NCBI GenBank assembly: GCA_902464015.1
Contig: CABQHM010000010.1
Location: 345 to 64,344, forward strand
Length of the DNA: 64,000 nucleotides
Source of the DNA: an uncultured Coriobacteriales bacterium
GTDB taxonomy: Bacteria > Actinomycetota > Coriobacteriia > Coriobacteriales > UMGS124
Reading direction: 5' to 3'
Shown: positions 54,041-63,672 of the stretch, one piece after another
How positions within the stretch are numbered: the first letter of the stretch is position 1
Layout of the letters: each line of letters starts with the position of its first letter
Translations under genes and position numbers: made by a program
Notes under the pieces: generated by a model
Databases searched by the model: none
What the model was told of the DNA's origin: nothing
Seen by the model: only the letters and a program-made list of their open reading frames with translations

Positions 54041-56320
54041 ATGAAGCAAGACATCTCGCGCAGGGGCTTCTTCAAGGCCGCCGGCACCGCCGCAGCCGCA
54101 GCCGGCGCACTCAGCGTCACCGGCGCAGCGCTGGCCGAGCCTGCCACGCCCGCCGCAGAGGCCACTGCGCCCGCAGAGGCTGCAGCCCAGGACAAGACCG
54201 CCGTCTATCAGACGCTCGCCCAGCTCAACCCCGACGACACGAGCGACTGGCGCTCCAACTCCATCGAGGACTTCACCAAGACGACGCTCTTCTCGCCCTG
54301 GCACCTCGGCAAGCTCGAGCTCAGCCACCGCATGGTGAAGTCGGCCGCCGGCTCGCTCTACCTGCCCGAAGTCACCGACGAGCGCATCATCGACGAGTAT
54401 GTCGAGTTCATCAAGGGCGGCTGCGACTTCGTGTGGGTCGAGGACTACGCGAGCCTCATGCCCCACTACCCGGCTTCCTACAAGGTGCGCGACGCGAGCA
54501 ACGCCATCCTCGACCAGGTGGCTGCCGCCGTTCACGAGGCGGGCGGCATGTGCGGCTATCAGCTGAGCCTCATGGGCGCCTCCTTCAGCGGCTTCGACGC
54601 CACCACGGCACCCGAGTTCGCCTGCGCCGAGGCCGACGACCTCACGCTCGACGAGGTCAAACAGGTGCAGCAGGACTTCATCGACGTGGCCGTCATGCTC
54701 AAGGATGCTGGTTTCGACGCCGTTGAGCTTAACGCCGCCGGCAACAACATCGGCCAGGCGTTCCTGTCGCGCAACCGCAACCACCGCGAGGACGAGTACG
54801 GCCCGCAGAGCTTTGAGAACCGCGCCCGCTTCGTGTGCGAGATCATCCAGGGCATCAAGAGCGCCTGCGGCGAGGACTTCCCCGTGCAGATCCTCATCAA
54901 CGGCATTGAGGCCAACGACGTGAGCCTGGGCCAGGACGAGGGCTTCACGACCGTCGAGGAGAACGTCGAGCTGTGCAAGCAGTTCGAGGCGGCCGGTGCC
55001 GACTCGCTGCACGTGCGCATCGGGCCTTACGGCTATCACCCCTGCGAGTTCGCCGGCGACCTGTACTTCTCCGGCTACGGCATCAACGGCAACACCCGCT
55101 ACGCCACGCAATTCGACTTCGACCGTCACTGGGAGGGCCTGCTCGATGGCTCGCACTCCGGCTGCGGCCTCATGCTCGATGTTGCCGCAAAGATCAAGGC
55201 AGCCGTGAGCATTCCCGTGGGATCCGTCACCTACATGGATCCGGCCCATGCCCCGGACTTCTTCGAGAAGGCCCTGCAGGACGGTAAGGTCGACTTCTAC
55301 AACATGACCCGCCCGCTCTACGCCGACCCCGACTACATCAACAAACTGCGCGAAGGCAAGGTCGACGAGATCCGCCCGTGCAACCGTTGCCTGCACTGCC
55401 ACTTCGACTTCGACGAGCAGGGCAACTTCTACGAGCACTGCCGCGTCAACGCCACGCGCATGCGCGCCTTCACGCCCGCCATGCCCGATGGCCCCGCCCT
55501 GCCCGCGCTCGACAGCGACCCCAAGAACGTCATGGTCGTGGGCGGCGGCGCGGCCGGCATGGAGGCCGCACGTGTCGCGGCCCTGCGCGGGCACAGCGTC
55601 ACGCTCTACGAGAAGCAGGGCTACCTGGGCGGCAAGCTGCCCTTCGCCGCTGCGGTCAAGGGCCAGCACGAGAACATCGCCGATCTCAACTCCTACCTGC
55701 AGCGCCAGCAGGAGGTTTGCGGCGTAACCGTCGTGACCGGCCAGGAGGTCGACGCCGACTTCGTGCGCGCCCAGGCCCCCGATGTGCTGATTGAAGCAAC
55801 CGGCGGCGTTGTCGTGCCCACCGGCCTTGCCGCAAGCGGCTCGACCAACGTGGTGCCCATCGAGGATATCCTTACTGCTGAGATTGGCAACGAGGTCACC
55901 ATCGTGGGCTACGGTGCCCCGGCCGTGGACGCCGCGTTCTACCTCATCGCCCAGGGCAAGCACGTCACCATCGTCATGGACCAGCCCTCCGCCGTGCTTG
56001 ACAAGGGTCAGTCGGCCCATGTCAAGGAGGTCGTACTCCCGATGCTCTACGTCAAGGGCACTCGTGTGTGGGCCAACGCGACCGTGACCAACGTGGGCGA
56101 GGGTGAGATCACCATCAACGGCGACACTGGCTGCGACATCACCATCGCCTGCGACACCGTGATTGAGGCCTGCGAGCTTGCGGCCAACACCACGCTCGCC
56201 GACGCGCTGGGCGCCGAGATGACGGTCGTCACCGTGGGCGACGCCCTTGTCGACCCCGCCAAGCCCCACAACATCGCCGAGGCCATCGCCACCGGCAACC
56301 TGGCCGCCCGCGCAATCTAA
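54041..56320 (+). CDS. Tat-signal Old-Yellow-Enzyme / 2,4-dienoyl-CoA-reductase-like flavoenzyme (FMN TIM barrel plus 4Fe-4S plus FAD/NAD-type domain)
   Basis: MKQDISRRGFFKAAGTAAAAAGALSVTGAALA. OYE-like LSHRMVKSAAGS. Cys cluster CNRCLHCHFDFDEQGNFYEHC. Rossmann VMVVGGGAAGMEAARVAALRGHSVTLYEK. GGGAGAGGA RBS. Confidence 0.9.
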   Translation: MKQDISRRGFFKAAGTAAAAAGALSVTGAALAEPATPAAEATAPAEAAAQDKTAVYQTLAQLNPDDTSDWRSNSIEDFTKTTLFSPWHLGKLELSHRMVKSAAGSLYLPEVTDERIIDEYVEFIKGGCDFVWVEDYASLMPHYPASYKVRDASNAILDQVAAAVHEAGGMCGYQLSLMGASFSGFDATTAPEFACAEADDLTLDEVKQVQQDFIDVAVMLKDAGFDAVELNAAGNNIGQAFLSRNRNHREDEYGPQSFENRARFVCEIIQGIKSACGEDFPVQILINGIEANDVSLGQDEGFTTVEENVELCKQFEAAGADSLHVRIGPYGYHPCEFAGDLYFSGYGINGNTRYATQFDFDRHWEGLLDGSHSGCGLMLDVAAKIKAAVSIPVGSVTYMDPAHAPDFFEKALQDGKVDFYNMTRPLYADPDYINKLREGKVDEIRPCNRCLHCHFDFDEQGNFYEHCRVNATRMRAFTPAMPDGPALPALDSDPKNVMVVGGGAAGMEAARVAALRGHSVTLYEKQGYLGGKLPFAAAVKGQHENIADLNSYLQRQQEVCGVTVVTGQEVDADFVRAQAPDVLIEATGGVVVPTGLAASGSTNVVPIEDILTAEIGNEVTIVGYGAPAVDAAFYLIAQGKHVTIVMDQPSAVLDKGQSAHVKEVVLPMLYVKGTRVWANATVTNVGEGEITINGDTGCDITIACDTVIEACELAANTTLADALGAEMTVVTVGDALVDPAKPHNIAEAIATGNLAARAI

Positions 56321-56420
56321 CGCTCGCCGCCTAGACAGGCGAGCACGACAACCAACAATCCCCGCGCGTCCGTCGTTCAATCGGCGGGCGCGCGGGGGTT
56401 TACGTTTCGCATCTCCGCGC

Positions 56421-56511
56421 AATCTTGCAAACCTGTCCTGCAAGATTTCTTGAATCTTGCAAAGCAGGACTGCAAGATTTCGAGAATCTTGCCAAATAGC
56501 TTTGCAAGATT
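56421..56511. repeat. Three tandem 27-bp hairpin/palindrome units at an exact 32-bp period
   Basis: aatcttgca-N9-tgcaagatt at 56421-56447 and 56453-56479, with a third, imperfect unit aatcttgcc-N9-tgcaagatt at 56485-56511. They lie in a convergent intergenic region. Confidence 0.8.
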
Positions 56512-56656
56512 TGCGTCACGCTCAGGAGCAGAGCGTCGCTTTTCTCTCATAAAACAATCGTGGAATCCCGTCGCCCCCAGCAACGAAAAACGGCCGGCCC
56601 CAGCGTCATGCTGAAGCCGGCTGTTGGACAAACCAATTTCCGCTATCTAGCAGGGC

Positions 56657-58333
56657 TTACTCGCCCGTTGCGGCAATGCGACCGGCGCGGCGGGCAAACG
56701 TCGCCGAGCGACCGGCAGCAAGGCCGGGAATCTGGTCGGGATAGGTGTGAGCGAAGAAGCAACCCGAGTCATTGCCGCAGACGTACAGGCCCTCGATGGG
56801 CTCGCCGTCGGCGTTGAGGGCGTGCATGGTCTCGTCAATCTTGATGCCGTCCATGGTGCAGAGCAGGCGGCCTGCGTTACGCACACCAAAGAACGGGGCT
56901 GTGTCCACGGGCGACAGACGGAACGCCTCCTTGCCGAAGTCGGGATCCTCGCCGGCGGCAGCGTTGGCATTGTTGCGCTCCACGGTGGCCGCAAACGTGT
57001 CGGCCGGGATGCCGAGCTTCTCGGCGAGCTCTTCCACCGTGTCAGCCTGCTGGATGAAGCCGGCCTGCTTCATACCCTCGAGCATGCCCATACAGGCATC
57101 CATATCGATGGCGGAAACAGGCGCGCCGTTCACGAACGGGAACATGCGCGAGCAGCCCTGGGTCTTGAACTGCATGATGTAGTCCTGGAAGTTGGAGTCC
57201 CAGATGGTGGCATAGGTGTGGCCGGGCTGATCGATGGACGCGTGGAGCACGAAGTCGTACGGTGCGCTCTCGTTGCAGAAGCGCTCGCCCTTGAGGTTCA
57301 CCTTAAGCCAAGGCTGAGAGGCCATCCATACCATGCCGTTAACCATCTCGCCGCCGGCAAGACCATCGGGAGGCAACGGACCGCGATCGAACAACATGGA
57401 AGTATGAACATCGTCGAATGCGGCTCCCACCCAGAGGCAAGCTTTGATGCCATCGCCCTCCGAACCAGCAATACCGGAAATGTATGAACACACCAGTTTA
57501 GACTCAGGCTGAAGCGCAGAAAGCATTCCATCGTTGAGAGCATAGCCGCCGGTGCAAATGCACACGCCCTTAACAGCGTTGATGCGCACGTAGCCGTCGG
57601 TGCCCTGGGCAATGACGCCCGTCACGCGGCCGGACTCGTCCTGCTCAAGCTTGACCATGGGACAACTGTAGCGAAACTCAACGCCATTGTCGGCAGCATA
57701 TGATTCAAGAACTTCTCCTGCATCAGCATCCTGAGTGGTGTGGCCGTCCTTCACAGCAGCATGACCAGTTGCCCAGTGGCGGTACTCCATCTGGTCGGCA
57801 TACTCGTCGAGGTCATGGTCGGAGCAGTACACAAACTCGCGGCCGGCCTTCTCGCACAGGTCGCCGTACCACTCAATCGTCTCGGCCGACTCGTCTGCCC
57901 ATAGGCGGAGGAGCTTGGGATTGACGTTGGAGGCGGCGTACATGGTCATCTCGCGGCAGATGTCGAGCGCCTTGATGTCGGTGTTGTCAGCAAGCTGGTA
58001 CTTGGAGCCGATGGCGCCAAGGGTACCGCGGATACCCGGGCCCACCTCGTTCTTCTCGATGACGAGAACCTTCGCGCCGTTCTCGGCGGCCGAGCAGGCA
58101 GCGAAGAGGCCCGAAGTACCCGCGCCAACAACAAGAACGTCGCAGTCGAGCGTCTCGGCGATGTCGCTTTCAGCGACATCGGGCGCGGCGCCGAGCCATG
58201 CGGGAGCGTCGGCGACCTCGGCCGCAGGGGCCTGGTCGGCAAGCGCAAGAGCAGGCGCGCAGGCAAGGGCGCCAGCAGCGGAGGCCGTGGCGATGAAGCC
58301 GCGGCGAGAGACGCTCGAAGACGAAACAGTCAT
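56657..58333 (-). CDS. Tat-signal FAD-dependent reductase (FAD_binding_2 family)
   Basis: MTVSSSSVSRRGFIATASAAGALACAPALALA. VLVVGAGTSGLFAACSAAENGAKV. C-terminal GLYVCGNDSG. Confidence 0.9.
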   Translation of the reverse strand: MTVSSSSVSRRGFIATASAAGALACAPALALADQAPAAEVADAPAWLGAAPDVAESDIAETLDCDVLVVGAGTSGLFAACSAAENGAKVLVIEKNEVGPGIRGTLGAIGSKYQLADNTDIKALDICREMTMYAASNVNPKLLRLWADESAETIEWYGDLCEKAGREFVYCSDHDLDEYADQMEYRHWATGHAAVKDGHTTQDADAGEVLESYAADNGVEFRYSCPMVKLEQDESGRVTGVIAQGTDGYVRINAVKGVCICTGGYALNDGMLSALQPESKLVCSYISGIAGSEGDGIKACLWVGAAFDDVHTSMLFDRGPLPPDGLAGGEMVNGMVWMASQPWLKVNLKGERFCNESAPYDFVLHASIDQPGHTYATIWDSNFQDYIMQFKTQGCSRMFPFVNGAPVSAIDMDACMGMLEGMKQAGFIQQADTVEELAEKLGIPADTFAATVERNNANAAAGEDPDFGKEAFRLSPVDTAPFFGVRNAGRLLCTMDGIKIDETMHALNADGEPIEGLYVCGNDSGCFFAHTYPDQIPGLAAGRSATFARRAGRIAATGE

Positions 58334-58512
58334 GGTTGCTTCCCTTCTCATGGGTTCCGGGCGGCAAACGACGAAGCACATATGAGACGCAACGTCGCAC
58401 AGCCACCCGTTTGACATCTCGAACCATAGCGCCGACGTTTTCGTCACACCTCACCAACAGTTCACGAAAAACCAGGTATTTGCCGTCGTAACCCTTCTCA
58501 CCCCCTCTTCAT

Positions 58513-58561
58513 GATGACGCACTGACCAGGCTGAATGACGCGTTACAATGCTTGCGTCATC
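58513..58561. promoter_or_regulatory. Perfect 9-bp inverted repeat (GATGACGCA / TGCGTCATC) bracketing a TACAAT hexamer upstream of the LuxR gene
   Basis: gatgacgca at 58513-58521, tgcgtcatc at 58553-58561, a third half-site aatgacgcg at 58534-58542, and tacaat at 58544-58549. The LuxR start is at 58606. Confidence 0.4.
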
Positions 58562-58605
58562 TTTAGGGGGCTAGGCTTGGTCAAGGGGAAGGCAACGGTG
58601 GGTTC

Positions 58606-60047
58606 ATGAGCAATCGCAGCGAGGCACAAGGAAAGCCCGCTCCCTCTCCTGCTGGCAACGCCTTGCCAAAGGAGCCTGCCACAGCATTTGCCGCATTCGG
58701 TGCCTACGTGCTGAGCAACTGGCTACTCACGAGCAAGGTCTTCCCCATCGGCACCGATGTAGCCCCGCTGTGTCGCGACATCGCGACGCTCGTGGAAGCA
58801 GCGGGCTTTCTCGTGATCGCGCTTGTCGCCTCGAGGGTGCCTCGCCTTCTGGGAGCACGCCCGTTCCTTATCGCGCCCCTTGCGCTCTCGTTAGTCGGCG
58901 GCATCAGCCTCTGGGCCTTCGTCCCCACCTCCCCACTCGCCGCAACGTTGGCTCTCTGTTTGCTTTTGCTCTGCGCCGTCTTCGTTATGCTTTCTGCCGG
59001 CTGTTGTTTGGCACGCTTAACTCGTCCGCAAATGGCAAAATGCGTCTTGCTGGGCCTCTTCGCCTCATATCTTCTGCGCTTCCCACTCAGCGTCCTGAGT
59101 CCACAAGCAGCGCTCGTCCTGTTCATCACCCTGCAAATCCTTGCAGTATTCGTGGGCCGCACCGACATGGGCAAGGCACTTGAAATCATCCAATCGGGGC
59201 AGGCGCCCGACGAGCTCACGCTCACAAACCCCTTCTCGTTCCTGCCCCGCTCACACAGGCTCTTCGTATGCCTGGCCCTTTTCCAGACAGCCTACGGAGC
59301 AGCACTTTCCTTCGGCGAGGTTAACAATGCCCCGCTCGCCACATGGGCCGGCATCGTCCCTTTGCTGTTCTTCTTGGCAATTTGGGCGATAAACAGCCGA
59401 CCGCTCCTACTTGACTCGTGCTTCAATCTGGCGCTTCTACTTCTAATGGCGGGCTTTTTATTCGCCCCCATTTCCCAGCAGGCCGTACCTTCGCTGACCT
59501 CAAATCTAATCGAAGCGGGAAAGACTTGTTTTTGGCTCGTCTTTTGGCCGGCGCTGGCGGCGCTTTCCGCCCGCAACCGCGCAGGCACGCTGCCCCTTTT
59601 CGCCTGGAGCGGCTTTCTGCTCTGCGTGGGTGTCACGGGAGGCGCCGAACTGGGCCGGTTGTGCTACGCGGCCATGGCGGGCAGCCTTATTGCGAGCACT
59701 GCCGTGACGGGAGCCGTCGTGCTCTGCCTTGCGGCGTTTGCCCTGTTCGGCATGAGGGGCTCAGCTACGACACGACGGTAGAGGCGCTCACGGCAAGCCC
59801 CGAGGTCGTCGAGCATGAGGCCACCCCCGACCTCGACACCACCGTTGCCCGCCTTATCGACACGACCGGCCTCACTGCGCGCGAGGCCGAGATCTTCGCC
59901 CTGCTCGCCCAGGGCCGCAACGGTGCCTATATCCAACGTCAGCTGGGCGTGAGCTACAACACCGTGAAGACCCACGTGGCCCACATCTACACCAAGCTCG
60001 GCGTCCACTCCCACCAGGAACTGATCGACCTGGTAGAGGTGGCATAG
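58606..60047 (+). pseudogene. Membrane-anchored LuxR/GerE regulator interrupted by a 1-nt frameshift
   Basis: The membrane domain (frame 1) stops at 59781. The HTH (LTAREAEIFALLAQGRNGAYIQRQLGVSYNTVKTHVAHIYTKLGVHSHQEL) continues in another frame to 60047. Adding one G to the G4 run at 59756-59759 restores ...FGMRGLSYDTTVEALTA... Confidence 0.7.
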
Positions 60048-60488
60048 AGGAACAGGCGCAGGCCTTTCCTCGCGGGCGAATGGCAGCGCTCCATCTTGCC
60101 CTAAGACGAGCGCGTGGAATCGAGGGGTCTGCGTTGGTGCAATCGGCGATTCGAGGATTGGGGCAGCAGCGGGCCGGTTGATTGTCACGCTGCCCCTGAT
60201 GATTCCCGGAACCCGAGTGAATTTCAGAGATCGTCCAACAAGGTCCTCGCAGGGGCATTTCGAACGCCCGTACCAAGGATTGCGCCAGCCTTTCGGGACA
60301 CACTCGAGAGCACGCCATACATATTTGATGCCAGCATTCAGAATGACACTTGACGCGGGTGTTCTCGAAAACTGGCTGAGACAAGGTGCGGCAGGAATTC
60401 CGCGAAACTTGCCTCTCTTTCACTCCGCCTATAGTTCCGCGCACATGAGCATGGCTTTCTACTCGCCTCCACACGCGGCGGGCACATG

Positions 60489-60524
60489 AAAAGGCGGTGC
60501 CAGGCAAACCTGCCCAGCACCGCC
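60489..60524 (-). terminator. Rho-independent terminator after the truncated flavoreductase
   Basis: On the minus strand: ggcggtgc-N16-gcaccgcc followed by tttt. Confidence 0.65.
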
Positions 60525-60551
60525 AAAGAAGTCGAGCGATCAATCTCGTGG

Positions 60552-61760
60552 CTACTCAGCGAGAGCCTTGCCGAGCCTATAGCCAGCATTAATGCAGTTC
60601 ATGCCCAGATTGTGGCCGCAAACGGCAAAGTTGTAGCAGTTGCCGTACGAGTCGCCAACCATGATGCCGATGTTGTAGAGGCCCTCGATGGGATTGTCGT
60701 TGGCGTCGCAAACCTGCCATTTCTCGTTGGTGTTCAAGCCACCGGTGACACACAGGAAGTTGGCGGGGCTCATGCTGAGCTTGCAGCCGTAGAAGGGGCC
60801 TTCCTTGATGGGTGCCATGAGAGAGGCGTCCTTGTGGAAGTCGGTGTCGCAGCCGGCCTCGCACAGCTCGTTGTAATGGTCGATAGAGGCGAGCGCCGCC
60901 TCAGCGTCGAGGTCGTCGAGCTGGGCGATGACCTCCTCGAGCATGTCTCCCTTGACAAAGGTGCCGCTCTCGACGTTGGAGTCCCACTGAGCCAGGTAAG
61001 CCTCGCACGACAGGGGGTCCTTGCCCTCGCCGGCGACGATGGTGGCGCCGAAGGTCTCCCACTGGGGGAACCAGTGGGCATAGGCGGTGTCCCAGATGCC
61101 GTAGCGGGTCATGTCGGGCTGCATCATCATGGCATATGTTCCATACGAGAAGATGACGTCCTCGTTAGAGTAGCGCTGGCCGTTCTTGTTGAGCAGCAGA
61201 CCGGAGAAGTCGGCGATGGACTGACGGTAAGGCATGGGTCCAACAGCATCGATCATGGGGGCGTTGGGGATGCTCTTCTGCCACGCGGCGCCGACCCAAA
61301 GGCCCATCTTCTGGCCGTCGCCGCCACCAAGGCCACCGAACTGGAAGGCCGCGTCATAGTCTATCTCGTTGTACTGAAGCAGCGGGGCGACCCAGTCGCA
61401 GTACTTGGCCATCATGTCCTGGTTGGCAGAAAAGTCGCCCGTAGCCATGACGACGGCCTTGCGGCCGACGTACTTGACGTAGTTGCCATCCGGATCGGTG
61501 GCAACTACCGCGCTCACACGGCCTGTATTGCCGTCGTCGCGGACAAGGTAACGGGCGATGGTTTTGTAATGGATGGTGCCTCCCTGCTCGAGAATCTTCG
61601 ACTCCAGGGCGTACATGACGTAGTTCTCGCCCAAACGAGCCCCCGATTCGACGCCGTCGCAAGTCTCAACCCAGTTGTGAGAGCCGGGCTCGGCGGTGAA
61701 GGTGCCGTCAGTGTCGGTGTAACCGATCTCCATGGTTGTGGTGTAGCCCTGGCCTTCCAT
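60552..61760 (-). pseudogene. 5'-truncated FAD_binding_2 flavoreductase (lacks the Tat signal and FAD dinucleotide fold)
   Basis: The 402-aa ORF aligns with the C-terminal two thirds of the paralogs (VVMATGDFSANQDMMAKY, GQKMGLWVGAAW, DTDFHKD, GPFYG, GLYNIGIMVGD). No RR signal or GxGxxG is present. Similarity ends near 61770-61790. Confidence 0.7.
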
Positions 61761-61783
61761 GAAGTCGATCGTCCTCGCGCGAC

Positions 61784-62017
61784 GTGACCACCGAGTACTG
61801 CAGGCGAGTGAAAAGATGCTACGGCCTCACGAACCGCGAGAGCGACGTGCTCGAGCTTATCCTTCGCGGTCAGTTCGTCCCCCAGATGGCCGAGGCGCTC
61901 TGCGTCAGTGAAAACACCGTGCGGTCCCACTGCAAGACTCTCTACAGGAAGCTTGGGGTCCACTCTCGCCAGCAGCTCTTTGATTTGGTCGAGTCTGCCC
62001 AGCAATGGGGCGCCTGA
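61784..62017 (+). pseudogene. Stand-alone C-terminal fragment of a LuxR/GerE regulator (HTH only)
   Basis: 77 aa: ...YGLTNRESDVLELILRGQFVPQMAEALCVSENTVRSHCKTLYRKLGVHSRQQLFDL. It lacks the polytopic N-terminal region found in all seven other paralogs. Confidence 0.65.
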
Positions 62018-62034
62018 TTCGATCCCCGGCCACC

Positions 62035-63489
62035 TCACCCCTGCACGAGGACGTCGAGCTCCTCCTTGCTGTGGACGCCGAGTTTCTTGTATATATGCTG
62101 CATGTGGGCTTTGACCGTGCCGGGCGCGATGCCCAGCTTGTTACCCAGGGCGCGGGGCGTGTCGCCCCGCGCAACAAGCAGCAGTATCTCCCTCTGACGC
62201 CCCGACAGGCCGTGCTCGCGGGCGAGCGTGTCCACGGTCAGCTCGAGCCGCGCGTCCTCCGCCAGACTCGTCCCCGCACGCGTGAGGACGATGCGCCAGC
62301 TCGAGTTGAGCGTGGGCTCCGACACGATGATGAACGTCGCGAACAGGATGCAGATGATGACCGCGCCCACGACGACGAGCGACGGCAGGGCGTTGAAGAG
62401 GAGCGTCCCGGCCCCCAGGAACGCGATGTGGACAACGTTGAGCAGGCCGAACAGCCATGCGGCGCTGATGCCGTAGCGCCGCGACAGGTTGCACAGTACC
62501 ACCGAGATGTATAGGGACACCGACGTGTAGCTCGCCCGCACGAAGACGGTGACGAGGCCCTCGTTGCCGTCCCGGACGAGGAGCAGGGCAAGGAAGCCGG
62601 CGATTGCCGCGGGCAGGATGGTGCGGTAGACCAGGGCGAAGTCGAAGAACCTCGATGCGAACAGGATGGACGCGCAGACGACAAGCGCCGGGAGGACCAT
62701 GCCCAGGCGCATGAAGAGGTCGTCCTGGTAATGGAGCAGCCACGTGCCGCACCCGTAGGCGAACGCGTACAGGGCCACCAGGCTCATCGGCTTCCAGGGG
62801 AACGATGCCGCGCCGTCCCCCGCGCGCGTCACAAGACCGAGGGACGCGCAGCGCCTTTGCGCGGCGTCGAGCATGGCCATGCCGAGCAGCGGGAAAACGA
62901 GCGTCGCCGCGACCAGGTAACCGCCGGAATATCCGGAAAGCGCCGCGATCGCCACCTCGCGGGCGATCCAGGAGCTTGCACAGCAAAACGCCACCTCGAC
63001 CGGGTTGAGGGCGGCACAGACCTCCCACCAGCATAGGATTGCAAGCGAAGAACCGGCGCCCGCCAAGGCAAGGCCGAGCAGGCGCCCGAGCTGGGCTGTG
63101 TCAGACGGCAAAATCGGCATGTCTCCCGGCCCGAGCGGGGCGGCGGGCAGCAGTCCGCCGAAGGCGGCGAGTGCGTTGCCTGCATACATGAGGGCGGCGG
63201 CGCCTGCGAGAACGCCGCGGCGGGCCCCGAGCGGCCCGGCCCCCCGCGCGAGCGCGACGACAAGGAGGAACACGGGCACGGAGCCCAGGTCGACGTAGAG
63301 CGTGACCCGCCCGAAGGCCGTGGAGGGATCGCTTGACGAGGCGGCCTGCACCATGGCCTGCAGCGCCGCGACCCATGCCCGCAAGACGCCCGGGCCCAGA
63401 AAAGCAAGCGACACCGCGGGCACCCGCTCCGCCAAAAGTCCCCTCAACGTCCCAAACACGGATGTCCCCCTCCCTCGTCTGCGTCCCAT
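62035..63489 (-). CDS. Membrane-anchored LuxR/GerE-family regulator
   Basis: 484 aa, polytopic. C-terminal LSGRQREILLLVARGDTPRALGNKLGIAPGTVKAHMQHIYKKLGVHSKEEL. Confidence 0.8.
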   Translation of the reverse strand: MGRRRGRGTSVFGTLRGLLAERVPAVSLAFLGPGVLRAWVAALQAMVQAASSSDPSTAFGRVTLYVDLGSVPVFLLVVALARGAGPLGARRGVLAGAAALMYAGNALAAFGGLLPAAPLGPGDMPILPSDTAQLGRLLGLALAGAGSSLAILCWWEVCAALNPVEVAFCCASSWIAREVAIAALSGYSGGYLVAATLVFPLLGMAMLDAAQRRCASLGLVTRAGDGAASFPWKPMSLVALYAFAYGCGTWLLHYQDDLFMRLGMVLPALVVCASILFASRFFDFALVYRTILPAAIAGFLALLLVRDGNEGLVTVFVRASYTSVSLYISVVLCNLSRRYGISAAWLFGLLNVVHIAFLGAGTLLFNALPSLVVVGAVIICILFATFIIVSEPTLNSSWRIVLTRAGTSLAEDARLELTVDTLAREHGLSGRQREILLLVARGDTPRALGNKLGIAPGTVKAHMQHIYKKLGVHSKEELDVLVQG

Positions 63490-63672
63490 ACCCCCGGGTT
63501 ACGGCGTCGGGTTACGCGTTTACGACGGCGTAACCCGACGCCGGGATTGCGCCGGCCCCCTCGCAAATCATACCTTCGAAACGGCGCGGGCGACACGGGA
63601 ACCCCTCGGCGGGGGCGCGAATCTTCCAAGGCGGCCGCGCGCCTCAAAACAACGATCAGATGGGAGAAGGAC

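Noticed and set aside
53900-56443. 847-aa minus-strand ORF opposite the OYE-type gene
   Set aside because: Antisense shadow. The plus strand carries the Tat signal, OYE barrel, Cys cluster and Rossmann motifs.
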